From Amphiscolops sp. MND2022 (taxonomy: Eukaryota): a DNA stretch of 64,000 nt. A model generated the notes under the pieces. It was given only the letters and a program-made list of their open reading frames with translations, was not told the DNA's origin and did no database searches. The stretch is from assembly GCA_964187785.1 (NCBI GenBank), contig OZ076413.1:45510001-45574000 (forward strand), given 5' to 3'. A program made the position numbers and the translations under genes. This document shows positions 38,085-49,954 of this stretch, piece by piece; within the stretch, counting starts at the first letter, position 1; every line of letters begins with the position of its first letter.

Positions 38085-39533
38085 AACAAGCCGAGGACCC
38101 CCTAAGTCGGTGCTCTGTTCAAAATTCAAAGGGAGCGAAGTGTTTTGAATGGGCGAAAAGGAACACTATTGTGAAATTTTAGAGCCAAAAATTTACGAAG
38201 GGATACCCATAAGACTCCAACATCGCTTTACCCTAACCCGGAACATCAAAATCACAATTTTTGAAAAAACTTTGTTCCAAAATTTTATTCCTTTCTTAAA
38301 AATTCATATAGTGCCGAAAAACCAATAGGAGATCTCTAATTGCCAAAGGCTTTTTTTTCCAAGCCAAAAACGTTGTAAAACGTGAAGGGGTACCCTTCGA
38401 CATCAAATCTTGGAAGAAACGTCTCATAGTGCAAAAAAGAAACATATCTCTTCCTTAGGTATTGAGAAAACTCTCATCAGTCCCACGGGACCTACAAATA
38501 ACAGAAGATGTCACCCGTAAAACTCGGAAAACGGTTTTTCTAAGCTGAAAAGTTCTAAAAACCAGATAGTGAAAAAAACGTTCATAAAGTTTCCTCCAAA
38601 AAAGTTTTTTCCAAAAAAGCCTTGAGGCCCTCTATGTTCACAAAACGCTTTGTTTCTTCTGAAAATCAAAGAGGACACTTCGGGTTTAAAAAATCAAAAA
38701 ATAAGTCACACAGTGACGAAAAAAACCAAAGGGGACGCTTTGCCCGTACTGACAACCCATGGTAACCCACCACTGGCCACCGGTGGACCACCGGTGCAGG
38801 CAATTTTGGATAATCAGTCACTATTTCCACCGGTGGTCACAAAAAAATGAAATGCGAAACATGGAAAATTATTGAAAATTATCATTTTATTATGGAATCC
38901 GAAGGTTATTTAAATTTTCAAAAAATTACTTCTGCACTTAAGAAGTTCTGCAGCAATTAAGACTATTTTGGCACCGCGTGTACGCGAGTCGCGATGTAGG
39001 CAATGCTGCAGAACAAATATAGCTAAGGCAAAACAAACAAATTACAAAAACTGATAGCGCAGAGGTAAATGCTGGAGTGTCAACAAAATTAATACAGGTT
39101 CGCGTCACGATTTTCGCAATATTTTGTATACAACATGAAATTTTTTCCCACCGGTGGCCACCGGTGGTCCACCCCTGGCCACCACAAAATGTGTCATGGC
39201 CACCGCGGTGGCCACCGGTGGGGCTGCGATGGGAAGGGCGGTGGCCACGGGTGGGTTACCCTGGGTTGTCAGCACGGGTGAACATTCATTTATCCTGGAA
39301 AGCATGAAAAACTTGGTTTAGTGCGGGACTCGAACCCACTTTCTCCTGCGTCTCAGGCCCCGTCAACAGGCCTGGAAATCCACGTTAACAACTGGGCCAA
39401 AAGTATATTCAACTTCCATTTGAAATCTATAAAATTCCATTTAAAATTGATGAAAGTGGACGCTTCAGTGTGAATGAAGAAAAAACTTGGTACTGTAGGG
39501 GTAGTGCACGTTTTACTGAAAAGCGCCCACAAA
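38085..39533 (+). mobile_element. Family A Helentron-like element (diverged), carrying a nested TIR element
   Basis: Start aacaagccgagg..aagtcggtgct, catagtgccgaaaaa repeats, terminal hairpin gcacgtttt..aaaagcgccc. Confidence 0.6.
38743..39278. mobile_element. Non-autonomous TIR element with CCC termini and 2-bp TSD (EnSpm/CMC-like)
   Basis: cccgtactgacaacccatggtaacccacc / ggtgggttaccctgggttgtcagcacggg; TG on both flanks; subterminal gtggccacc repeats. Confidence 0.8.
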
Positions 39534-41139
39534 GAACACGGGAAGCCAGAGTTACTTTGTTCTATGAAGAGAGGAAATAAAAATTTGACGACTTCGAGAG
39601 ATTTTCCTCCCGATCGTTTTATATTTAGTTATACTTTTTCCGCATTCGTGATAGAATTCTATGTATCAACTTTTATTGAGATGTAATGTATAAAAAGACT
39701 TACCCCTTTATTTACTTTAGATCTCGAAGTTTTATTGTCATCTTTGGCACTTGATTTTCGACGAGCTCTGCAGAAATTTTCCACCATTGTAGCCGCATCT
39801 TGGCCATAACTGGCCCTATCTATTTTTGCACTCATAACTTCAATAAAGTAACTAGTTTAGAAAACGTCCAAAAACTTTTTGGTGTTGTAAATCCGAATAT
39901 TAGCAATGGCTCAAGAAGGCTTATATGATCAATTACAACATCGCTTGCTTATCGAATAACCTATCAAAATACCAAGATAAGAAACTGAGAATAAACCTGA
40001 CGAATACTCAACTTTATTCAAGTTTGAACCAATCTTTTTGTAGACGTTTAACTTTTCGAAAACGCTCAACTTACGCAACCTCGAAGTGAGATAATTCGAG
40101 TTGACAACATAGTTTTTGTTGGCTTCGGACGCACATTAAAAACGAGTCAGTTCGTTTTTTACAACTTGTAAAATAGGTAAGAAGCAATCTTGACCAATCT
40201 TAGAATGGTCAAAACACTTCAGAAGCTCTTTGAAAATGGCGTAATTACAACACTGCAGGCTTTTTCTCAATTTATTTTCAAGTTTTCTACGTTAAATTAA
40301 GCTAAACTTGAAATATTGAATCAAAGCGCGATTATATGCGAAACTCAAATTCTTTCTGGTTGAAGAGGCCGACGGTCATAAAATTAATCATGTCATCAAG
40401 GACTTGAAAAAGTTACCTCAAGCTGAGATTTCGTGAGTGGAAAATTGAGTCAGATTGAGCTAATTGTCGACAAATATGTGTAAAGAGACAATTTGCAAAA
40501 GCGTTAAGCAAGACAAGCATTAATTTGCAAAAATAAAACGAGAATCTGAGTGATGCAAAGAAATCAAATGATGCTACATGATTAAAATGAAATAAATTAG
40601 GATTCTGATCAATCAGGATATAAAAGTAGTTACTACCGTAGTGATTGTGATGAAAACTATAGCTAGTCAAATTTAAGATGGACAAGACGAGAACGTCTGA
40701 AGTCGACTTTCCGCTTAGGGGTGAAAAAAAGCAAACCCTTTTAAATTTCTCTTTCAAAAGGACGTTTTAGTGAAAGTTTTCTAACAAATTTAAGTTGGTG
40801 TTGGTGTCATCAAACCGCCAGTCCCTTTTGACGGGGCGCGCGTTTATGACTGGGGTGGTTATGATATGCTTTATCTCTCTAGTTGAAGTCATGTGGATAA
40901 CAAATACGTTTTTTTTAAAAAGAAGGCGAAAAAATTTTCTTTTCACAGGCGTTTTTTTCATGAAACGGCAGTTAATTAAAAACGTAAAAATATTCATCCC
41001 AGCTGGCTTCAGTTTTTAAATACAGAGTTGTAAAAGAGGGAATAAAAACAATTCTTCACCATTCACCCAAAACTCAATTGGAAAAATAATTATTAAAAGA
41101 GTTTCTCAATTTTGTTGGTCGAAAACAGCTGGTAGTTAA

Positions 41140-44100
41140 TGTTCTACTTCTTGATATGATAAGAAAACAATTTAGGTTTTGTTAAAAGTATCTCTTGAAC
41201 GTAAAGCAAAGTCGAAGATTCTCGTAACTAGATCTCTATCTCAAATGATCTATCTTTGGAAAGATCGAAGTTTGATTGACAATGTCGTCGAATAATTGGT
41301 CCGGTATTGTACCGTATAACATCACCGTCCGTGTGTAGGTTTAATTCATCCTCGGGGGATGTTTTTACTGGTCGGTAGCAGCCGTCTTTTTCGAAAGAGT
41401 CGTGATTTTAAAATCACTCTCTTCGTCATCTATCTCGCCTTCTTCGCTTTCGGAGTCGGATTCGGTTCTTTGATTTTGAATGATTTTCAACTTTCCGTTG
41501 AGTACGTCTCTCAAAATCTCACCCCCTGAATGTATTTGCCATCAACTCCCCCGAGGCAATGATGATTTTCTGGAGTGATGGTATCTCCGATTTTCGGTCC
41601 TGCTTTCCTCTCTTTCTGAAATACAATTGGACCCGAAACAAATTTCCTGTGAATTATTTTTCCGGTATCGGTGGTTACGGTGTGTTCCTTACCATTTACT
41701 GCAGTTTGTAATTTTTTCTGATATCTACCCTCCAGTGATTTTTTATTATAGTTCTATTCAAAAAATTGAAAAGGGTATTTACCAACCGAATTTTTCTTCT
41801 TCGGTGAATATTCGAATAATGCTTTTTCTTCATTCTTGGTACGGGCCATAATGATGTGGTTTGACACCTCTCCATAACCATTTCTGGTTACATAGATGGG
41901 GATCTTCGGTCTGATGCTTGCTGAAACAGGTAATTCCGACCAATTAGAAAGGAACGATTTTCCGTTTTTAATCGCGTTCGTAAGTTCGGTTCTTAGTTTC
42001 CGACCGTGATCTAATTCGAACGGTTTGGTTTTCATTCCCGTATTTTTTGAAAAACGCATAACATTCAATTCTCTATTTACGCATTCGGTGAAACATGTGT
42101 TTTCTTCCAAATTTGTGATGATTAGATTCTTCAATGTTTGTATTGCGCGTTCTACCGCTCCCGTACCGGTATGTATTCTTGGTTTGCTATATTCAATTTC
42201 CGTATTTTTCGACTAGCAAATTTCTTTGTATTCTTTCGAATTGAATGTTCCGCCTTTGTCCGTTTTCATTTTCTCTGGTAGTCCGTATAAATTAAAGTTT
42301 AGTTTTAAAAAGTTTAGTACTTCTTTGGTTTCCGCTGAATTGCAAATTTTTGTTGTTGGTCATTTGCTAAATCTATCTATCGCAATTAGATTTGGTTTTC
42401 TTCGTTTATTTTTTTGTTGTTTAACTTTCCGGAGAAATCAATTTGGATTTCTTGTCTTGGATCCGTTAATGTTTTTAGTTTACCGAATTCGCGTTTCGGT
42501 AATTGGTATTTCAAATTCTTTCCGGATGTCATGCAGGCCACATATTTTTTTTTGCTTTTTTTCAATCTCTTTTTGCATATTTTTGGCTTCCGCTATCATT
42601 TTTGTGGATCCGGCGTGTCCGAAATGTAGTGTCTCCAATAGCTTCTTTCTCAGTTCGTTTGGCACCACTATTTGGTCGTCGTTGAAAGTTAGTCCCCACT
42701 TTTTGCTCAGCTTTCCGAATATTGTTCGGTATGTTTCCGGGGCCGTGTTCTTCTCGTTTCCTTTCATGGCGTCTCTGACCCGATTCAATTCTTCGTCGGT
42801 AGTTGATTTTGCTATCAACGTTTTTAGGTCGAGCATGAAGTTGAATTCGTCCTTTTTGATAGTTTCTTCGGTGACTTTTCTTATTTCCGGTAATTTTTCG
42901 ACCTCTTGGTTGATCTCGATAAATTGGGCCTCTTTTCCATCCGTGTTGTATGCCTCCAGATCAACAATTGAAAAGTTGTCGCCTCGGATTATTTGGCTTT
43001 CGCCCGCACTTCTTTGTTCGGCTTCTTCGATTATCTCTGGTTCTTGAACAAAATTATTGTTCTTCTTCTATTCTGCGTTCTTCTAACGGTTGGTACCCTC
43101 CGCCGAGTCTGTTTGCCCGTGATAATAGCTCATCGTCTATTTCCTCAATCTCCTCTCGGCTTTTCTTGTTTGGCCTTGAGGGGACCCATGTTTGTCTTTG
43201 GGCGTTCATGTCATACTACTGGCGCCTCGTTCCAGGTCGTGAGATTTCTAGCCGTCTCTCTACAAGTCTGAGGGTCTCGGGGCTTTTTTTTCTTCTTCTA
43301 ATTATTTACATGATTTCGGTGGTTGCACCCCAGTAAAAATGATCCCGGTCCATTTCGCTCTTAAATAGAGGTGAGTTTTGTAACAAAATTGAATTTGCAT
43401 TTTGATTTAACTTTTGGATTGAACTTTCCGTTTTTACTTTTTGTCGTCGTTTGTTTACTGCAGTTTTCGATCGTTCGCAACTTTTGTTCACGTATCGGTT
43501 TTTCTCGAATGTTCTATTCCGCTGTGATTGGTCGTTAAAATTTATCTTGGTCGCTTTTGTTCTTTTCGTCGTGTTTTGTGATTGGTCGGCGAATAATACT
43601 TCGTATTCAATATTCTTTTCGGCTTGTTCTGTAAGGATGTTAATTACGCCTTGCTCAACGTTAACGTCTTCGGTTGTTGCAATTTCTACCGGATTTCTAC
43701 TTAGAAAATTGGTAAATTTTAAATTACTTCCCGCAATGTGTTCGATAGCTACATCGAAGAGCTCAAGTTGATCTAACAATCTAGTTAATCTCGCGCTGTA
43801 TTGTCTATTGCATCGGTTCCTTGTATTCAAAGGTTCAAGCGCCTGATGATCTGTATAAAGAAAGACATTTTTTACCGGATAGTTAAAGTCGGAACGTTTC
43901 TAAGCCCCACACAACTGCCAGTATTTCTAGTTCTCCTATTGAGTAACTCTTTTCGCTGCCATTCAAGTATCTGCTACCGAAAGATATCGGTTTAGTTTCC
44001 CCGTCCGACTGTTTTTGCCATAACGTTATTCTGAGTCCGGTTTTCCTTGCATCGGTTGTGACTATGTTTTCTCTATCTTTTGCGTAATGTGCCAGGCAAG

Positions 44101-46671
44101 GATCTTCTGTTAACATTTTCTTTATGTTGTTAAAGTCTTTGTCTTGTTGTTTTCCCCAGTTCCATGTGGCTGGTGTCTTCGAAGTCTTTCGGTTCTTTCC
44201 GATAGTCTCAATATAAATTTTGCAAGGAATTGTTTTGCACCGAGAAATGATTTCAGTTGTTTTTGGTTTTCCGGGCGTCTCAATTCCAAGATTGCTTTTA
44301 CCTTTTCTTTGCTCGGTTTTATTCCCGTTCAATCATTTTCATGCCCCAGCCTTTTGGTTTCGTTCAGAAAGAATTCGGATGTTCTTTCACTTGCTCGGTA
44401 TCTTGCAGTTTCCAATTTCTTCAGTACATCAAATAAGTTTTTTTTGTGTTCTATTCGGTCACCACGTGTTATCACTATTATGTCATCCAGCCATGCCGGT
44501 GTAGAAAATTTTAGTGTTCGGTCAATTTTTATTGGAATATTGTGGGGATTTCGGCAACACCGTAGAATCCTATTTTAAGTCGGTAAAATCCACTGAAGTT
44601 TCATTTCGTAATTGCAAAAACACATTGTCCGTTCGTTTCTTTCGATAATTTCTTTTGGCCGTATGCGTAATCGAGGTCGATCTTCGATATAATCAATTCG
44701 TTTGTTCGGTCTCTTGTAAATTCCACTGAAATTTGGTTCCATAGATCTTCCAGATTTGGCATGTGTGGTTGGCTTTTTATACAACTATCATTTAGTTTTC
44801 TTGAGTCTAACGCTATTTTCACCGACTTGTCGCTTTTTACCGTGATTACTACCGGTGAAATAAATTAATCTTCATCTACATGTTTTACTTTTTCCAGGTG
44901 TCCGGATTTTATCAATTTTTCCAATTCTCTCCGGACTTCTTCTTGTAGATGTGATGGTCTTGCTTTTTGTTCACAGGATAGTGTCTCGGTTTCAGTTGAA
45001 TGTTTATTTCGGTATCTTTTATCGTAGTGTTGTTCTTGAAAAGATCTGGAAACTTTTCAATTACTCGTCTCTTTTCCGGTTCGCTATTGTCCTCCAATCG
45101 GATGATCCCAATTGTCAACTTGAATTTCTTCATCCAATTCATACCGAGTAGTGGTTTCTTTCAGTATTTAGAATTTGCATTTTCTGTTCGTTTGTTTTCA
45201 TATTCAATGTTCGCCGGCATTCTCCCCCGAAATTTTACAACGTTTTTATTTACATCTTGACACTGTTGTTTCACTTTCGTATCTCAGCTTGTTTCATTAT
45301 ATTTTTGTCTGCGGCCAATATTGAAATTGGTGATCCGGTATCCACTATAAACTCCTTTTCAATGCGTTTGTTTTTACCACGGCTGTGAAGCATTTGTTTC
45401 TGACGGTAATTCAATTTATTCTTTCAATTCTGTGTATACTCGTTTCTGATTCGTCGGATTCTCCTCCAATTGCCTCTGATTCATCCTCGGTTACATTGCG
45501 TACTTTGCGTTTGTAATTTTCTCTTTGTCTGCATACACGTGCGAAAAGTCGCTTCTTTCCGCATTTCCTGCACAGTTTTCCCAATGCAGGGCATTTGTGG
45601 GTGGGGTTCTAATTCGGTGCGTTCGTGCGTTACAGAATTTACATGGTTTTTTGTTTGTGAATTTGTTTTTTTTTGGTCTTGTGTCGGATCTTTCCACTCT
45701 TTGTATTGGCTCTTCTTTTATTTCTTTTTCTCTGTTTGAAATCAAATCTTCCGGTATAGTATTTTTTTGGTTTTTTCTTTCGTATGTGTTTTGTTTAATG
45801 ATTTCGATTGTTTTCTTCAGTTCGAGTTTTTTCTCTTTCAGTAATTTGTCCCGGAGTTTCGTGTCCGTAGTTCTGGTAATAAATTTTGAGATCAATAAAT
45901 CTTCGGTTGTTATTCCTTCAAATACGCATTCTTTTTCTATTTCTATCAACCTCCGCCAGAAGACTTCCGGTATTTCGGATTCGGCTTGTATTGTCCAGAA
46001 AAATTCTCCGCGGTTGTGATAAATATTTCGCTTCGGTAGAAAATATTCGTTGAATAGTCTGATAGGTCTTTCACCGCTGTTTTGTCGGGTTCTGTTTTGT
46101 ATTCCGCCCGTGTCATCTGGTATGATGCTTCGCGACCGATCCCCCATATAAAGTCTTCTTGAATTTCTGCTTCTTTTCCGGACCAACCGATTTGTGTTAT
46201 TTCGACTCCCCGTATTAATTCGGTGATGTCCATTTTGTGTTTTCTCTCCGTGTATTGCCGGAAACTTTCGAGCTATTGTTTCGGTGTAAATATTTTTTCC
46301 CGTCTGATGTGGCTTCGAAGTTCGGTACTTCATTTTTGCTTTCTCCTGTCATCTTCTTCGTTTCGGTAAAAGGTTCTTGGGTAATTTAAAATGCTGACTG
46401 CGCCATGTTCTATTTCTTGGTATAATAAGAAAACAATTTAGGTTTTGATAAAAGTATCTCTTGAACATAAAGCAAAGTCAAAACGATCCTTCTCGTAACT
46501 AGATCTCTATCTCAAATGATCTACCTTTGGTACAAAAGATTAGCACTATGTTTGCAAATATGTATAAATATAAATCTCATTCGATCTACGTGTTTAGTTT
46601 GGTTTTAAGAAAGATCTAAGTTTGATTGACAATGTCACCGAATAATCGGTCCGGTATTGTACCGTATAACA
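41140..46671 (-). mobile_element. Full-length but decayed Ty3/Gypsy LTR retrotransposon
   Basis: TG...CA LTRs at 46406-46671 (5') and 41140-41321 (3', internally deleted); TSD gttaa/gtaaa; PBS tggcgcagtcagc next to the 5' LTR (tRNA-Ser-like). Domain order gag, protease IVDTGSP, RT (ALDSRKLN, KIDLDYAY, WLDD), RNase H (TTDA, ELEILAVVWG), integrase (HFGHAG, GAVERAIQ). Many frameshifts. Confidence 0.95.
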
Positions 46672-46784
46672 GTAAAATTTTTCGGAGGTATTTAGTTATT
46701 ATGTAAATATTTCATCAAAAGATGTCCCATACAATTGTTTTCCAGTATCCTAGAAACCAAAACTGTGGATGAGAATAACGTCTG

Positions 46785-47273
46785 AACAAGACGGGAACGT
46801 CTCAAGTCGGCGCTATATCTAAGGCTCAAAAAGCGCAAAACATTTTTTTTGGAAAAATACTTGAAATTTTCGAAAAAAAATTTTCTTTCGGAAATTGTCG
46901 CGTAGTGCCGAAAAATGTAAAAGGGGGACCCTTTTTGATTTATAAACACGCATTCTGTAGCAAAATAACAAAAAACTCAAAGGGGGACCCTTTGGGGACA
47001 TTAACAAATTTCGAAAAAAAAGTCGCACAGTGCCGAAAAAAAAATCGAAAGGGGGGACCCTTTAGTCCCGTCCGGGCTTGTAGGTAACGTTTAAAAAGAA
47101 AAAAACCAAAAGGGGATCCTTTGGAATAATTTACATGCGTTTCCCTGGTATTTAGTTTCCTTTAGTTGAACGTTAACGTTCGTCGCTTCGAGTCTGGCCT
47201 AAATAAAAAAAAGAAAAAAAACGAGTGACTGTAATAGTCGGGCTCTTTTCTTAAGAAAAGCGCCGACTAAAAA
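46785..47273 (+). mobile_element. Family A Helentron-like element, close copy of 21655-22164
   Basis: Same aacaag start, internal sequence and 3' hairpin. Confidence 0.78.
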
Positions 47274-47439
47274 TGAGCCTTCAAAAAGAAAAAAAATGTA
47301 ATTTGACGTTACGGTTTTTCCGTGATGGGAAAAAGCGTGAAAGTTTAATAAACGTCCAGTCGACCATACGCTTTGTTGGGCTTTACTTCGCTCGTTTGAC
47401 AAAAACGATAAGTCTCTGTAAAACCATGGAGTTAGCGAG

Positions 47440-47790
47440 AATCTTTATGGAGTGTGATGGAAAAAAATGCGTCTTGGTTTTTCATGGATGCGTCTTGTTT
47501 ATTTCGTTTAGGTCAAGTATCTAAAACAAGGTTCTTATTCTGAATGAAAAATTAAAAAAAGGCTAAAAACATATAGTTCCTGGAATGATTACTGCATCTA
47601 TCCATGGTTAGTAACCAGATTGGATGGAGTAATCATTCTAGGAACTATATGTTTTTAATCCTTGTTTTGTTTTTCATTCAAAATAAGAACTTTGTTTTAG
47701 ATACTTGACCTGAACGAAATAAACAAGACGCATCCATAAAAAAACTCAGACGCATCCATAAAAACACAGACTCATCTGTAAAAAACCCAG
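47440..47790. repeat. Long palindrome / foldback MITE
   Basis: gatgcgtcttgtttatttcgtttaggtcaagtatctaaaacaa...aacatatagttcctggaatgattact is mirrored by agtaatcattctaggaactatatgtt...ttgttttagatacttgacctgaacgaaataaacaagacgcatc. Confidence 0.85.
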
Positions 47791-48520
47791 ACGCTTTTTT
47801 AGTACTGAAAGTCTGATCTGTCAATCTGGATTTTTTATTGCATTGCATCCTTCTTTTCATCATTCATGTAAATGCGTTCTTTTCAATCCTTCAATATTTT
47901 CTGAAATTTATTGACGTTTCATATGTGGTTTTCATTGTTTTTTTTTCTTTCAGAATTTCACTTTTTCTACAAGAAATTTGAAGTAGGGTGATTTCTCTCG
48001 AAACATTTATCAGCAAAAAGTCACAAAGGTTGTGACACACTTATTTGTGACCAATTAATTACACATGCCGTTACAATCCACAGCTCAGCATGACTAGAGC
48101 CCTCTGCAATGAAAATGGTTCTAAAACTGAAAATTAAAAATCGAACATTTGAAAGTTTTTGGAACGTATTTTTCAAAAATTTCTTGAGACTTTCACCGTT
48201 AAACTGGGATTATTCAGATTCGATAGAACAGTTTGATGACTTTAGATTTTACTTTTATGGCATTTTTTTTGGACAGGTGAAAGTATGTGGAATAATTTTT
48301 CTACAAGATTCATGTCATGCTGTCCATAAAAGGAAGTATACAGGGAAAAAAATAAGAAACTTGTGAAACACTCCCATTGCTGAAAAAGTTCTAATGCGAT
48401 CTTCGATGCAACTTTAAAAAGAAAGCCTTGGAAAGATTGAATTTTGAAAAAAAAATCTCCATTGAAAAAATTTTGAACTACCCTCACCCAATGCCTAGTA
48501 ACACTCTTCTTGGTAATTTC

Positions 48521-48913
48521 GGTGTCCGGACAATGCGCACAAAGACATTACGCCCAAGGACATTACGCCCAAGGACATTACGCCCAAGGACATTACGCCC
48601 AAGGACATTACGCCCAAGGACATTACGCCCAAGGACATTACGCCCAAAGCGGACATTACGCGCAAACGTAAATTACGCACAAGGAAATTACGATAATGTA
48701 ATCAGCGAAGCGAAGCGGAGCGACGTGCCATATGGCCATGCCTCAATGTTGCTACTTGGCGAAGGGAGCGAAGCGACCGAGCCATACAACAAACATGCTA
48801 ACCTCTTCAAAGAATAACCTGAAAATAATAGCTGCTATTCGCTTTGAATAGCTTACTTTACTTGGGCGTAATTTCCTTGGGTGTGAGGTCTTTGGGCGTA
48901 TTGTCCTAGAACC
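48521..48913. mobile_element. MULE-like MITE with 9-bp TSD and a 15-bp subterminal tandem array
   Basis: TSD ggtaatttc at 48512-48520 and 48914-48922. TIRs ggtgtccggacaatgcgc / gcgtattgtcctagaacc. (ggacattacgcccaa)n at about 48544-48662. Confidence 0.9.
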
Positions 48914-49303
48914 GGTAATTTCATATGTCAAAATGGCAGTTGTTGCGGTAGCAATACCGTTAACTTATAGTTAACAAATAATAAGTCCGGTGGACGGAAT
49001 GGCTAATTCAGTTGAGAATGGACTATATAGACTACAAAGGAACATGAAGAGACTTTATCCAATAGTAGATTTCCTAAAATATAAATGAGACTTTTGATAG
49101 AAAACATTAGCCCTCTCTGATGAAGAAAAATTCAACAAGAAAAAATTCGTTGTCAAGGAGGCCTGTTTGAAGAAATAAATGCAGTTTTTTGTTAGAAATA
49201 ACGCCTTGAATTCAAACCGAACTTGCTAAAAATTCATAATATCCGAATATTTACGTTTTTTTTCATGTTTGTCAAATTTTCAAAATTCACGGACCAGAAA
49301 GTT

Positions 49304-49954
49304 AACAAGCCGAGAACGGCCAAAGTCGGGGCTATATCTAAGGCTCAAAATTGTAAAAGGGGGGACTCTTTGGGTTTTGTGAAACTCCAGCTGGTGGCAA
49401 AATATGAAAAAAATGAATTGAACAGTGTCACAGTGTCGAAAAATGTAAAAGGGGGGACCCTTTGGGCTTTGTGAAACTCCAGCTGGTTGCAAAATATGAA
49501 AAAAATTGAAGGGGGGACCCTTTAAGGACTGAAAAAAATTGCCCAAAAAAATTTTTAAATGTGATTTTTGAGCAGTGTCACAGTGCCGAAAAATGTAAAA
49601 GGGGGGACCCTTTGGAATTTTCTGACATCCATTGTGTTTTAAAATATCGAAACAAATAAAGGGGGGACCCTTTGGTGCAATCCAAAAAGTTTCAAAAAAG
49701 TCGCATAGTGACGAAAAAAAGTGAGGGGGGAGGCTTAGGGGAGATCGTTAGTGTGTTGTCGAGGTTCTGTTTGTTTTGTTTTCTTTTTCGTTTTGGACGC
49801 GTTTCTTAGGTTCGCCAAGTTGTTGAAGAAATGAACTGAACAAAGAACAAAAAGAAAAGACACAGAAAGAAAAGTGGAACTTTCGTGTCTAAAAAAAAAA
49901 ACTACCCACTGTAATAGTCGGGCACATTTTCTACTAAAATGCGCCGACTAAAAA
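49304..49954 (+). mobile_element. Family A Helentron-like element
   Basis: Start aacaagccgagaacggccaaagtcggggctatatctaaggctc; internal tandem units; end agtcgggcacatttt..aaaatgcgccgact. Confidence 0.75.

Noticed and set aside
42226..46019. Plus-strand ORFs up to 273 aa within the Gypsy element
   Set aside because: Antisense shadows of gag-pol, rich in Phe/Ser because of strand composition.
48428..48817. RTLRP-repeat ORF, or a CRISPR-like array
   Set aside because: It is a head-to-tail 15-bp repeat with no spacers, inside a MITE with TIRs and a 9-bp TSD.
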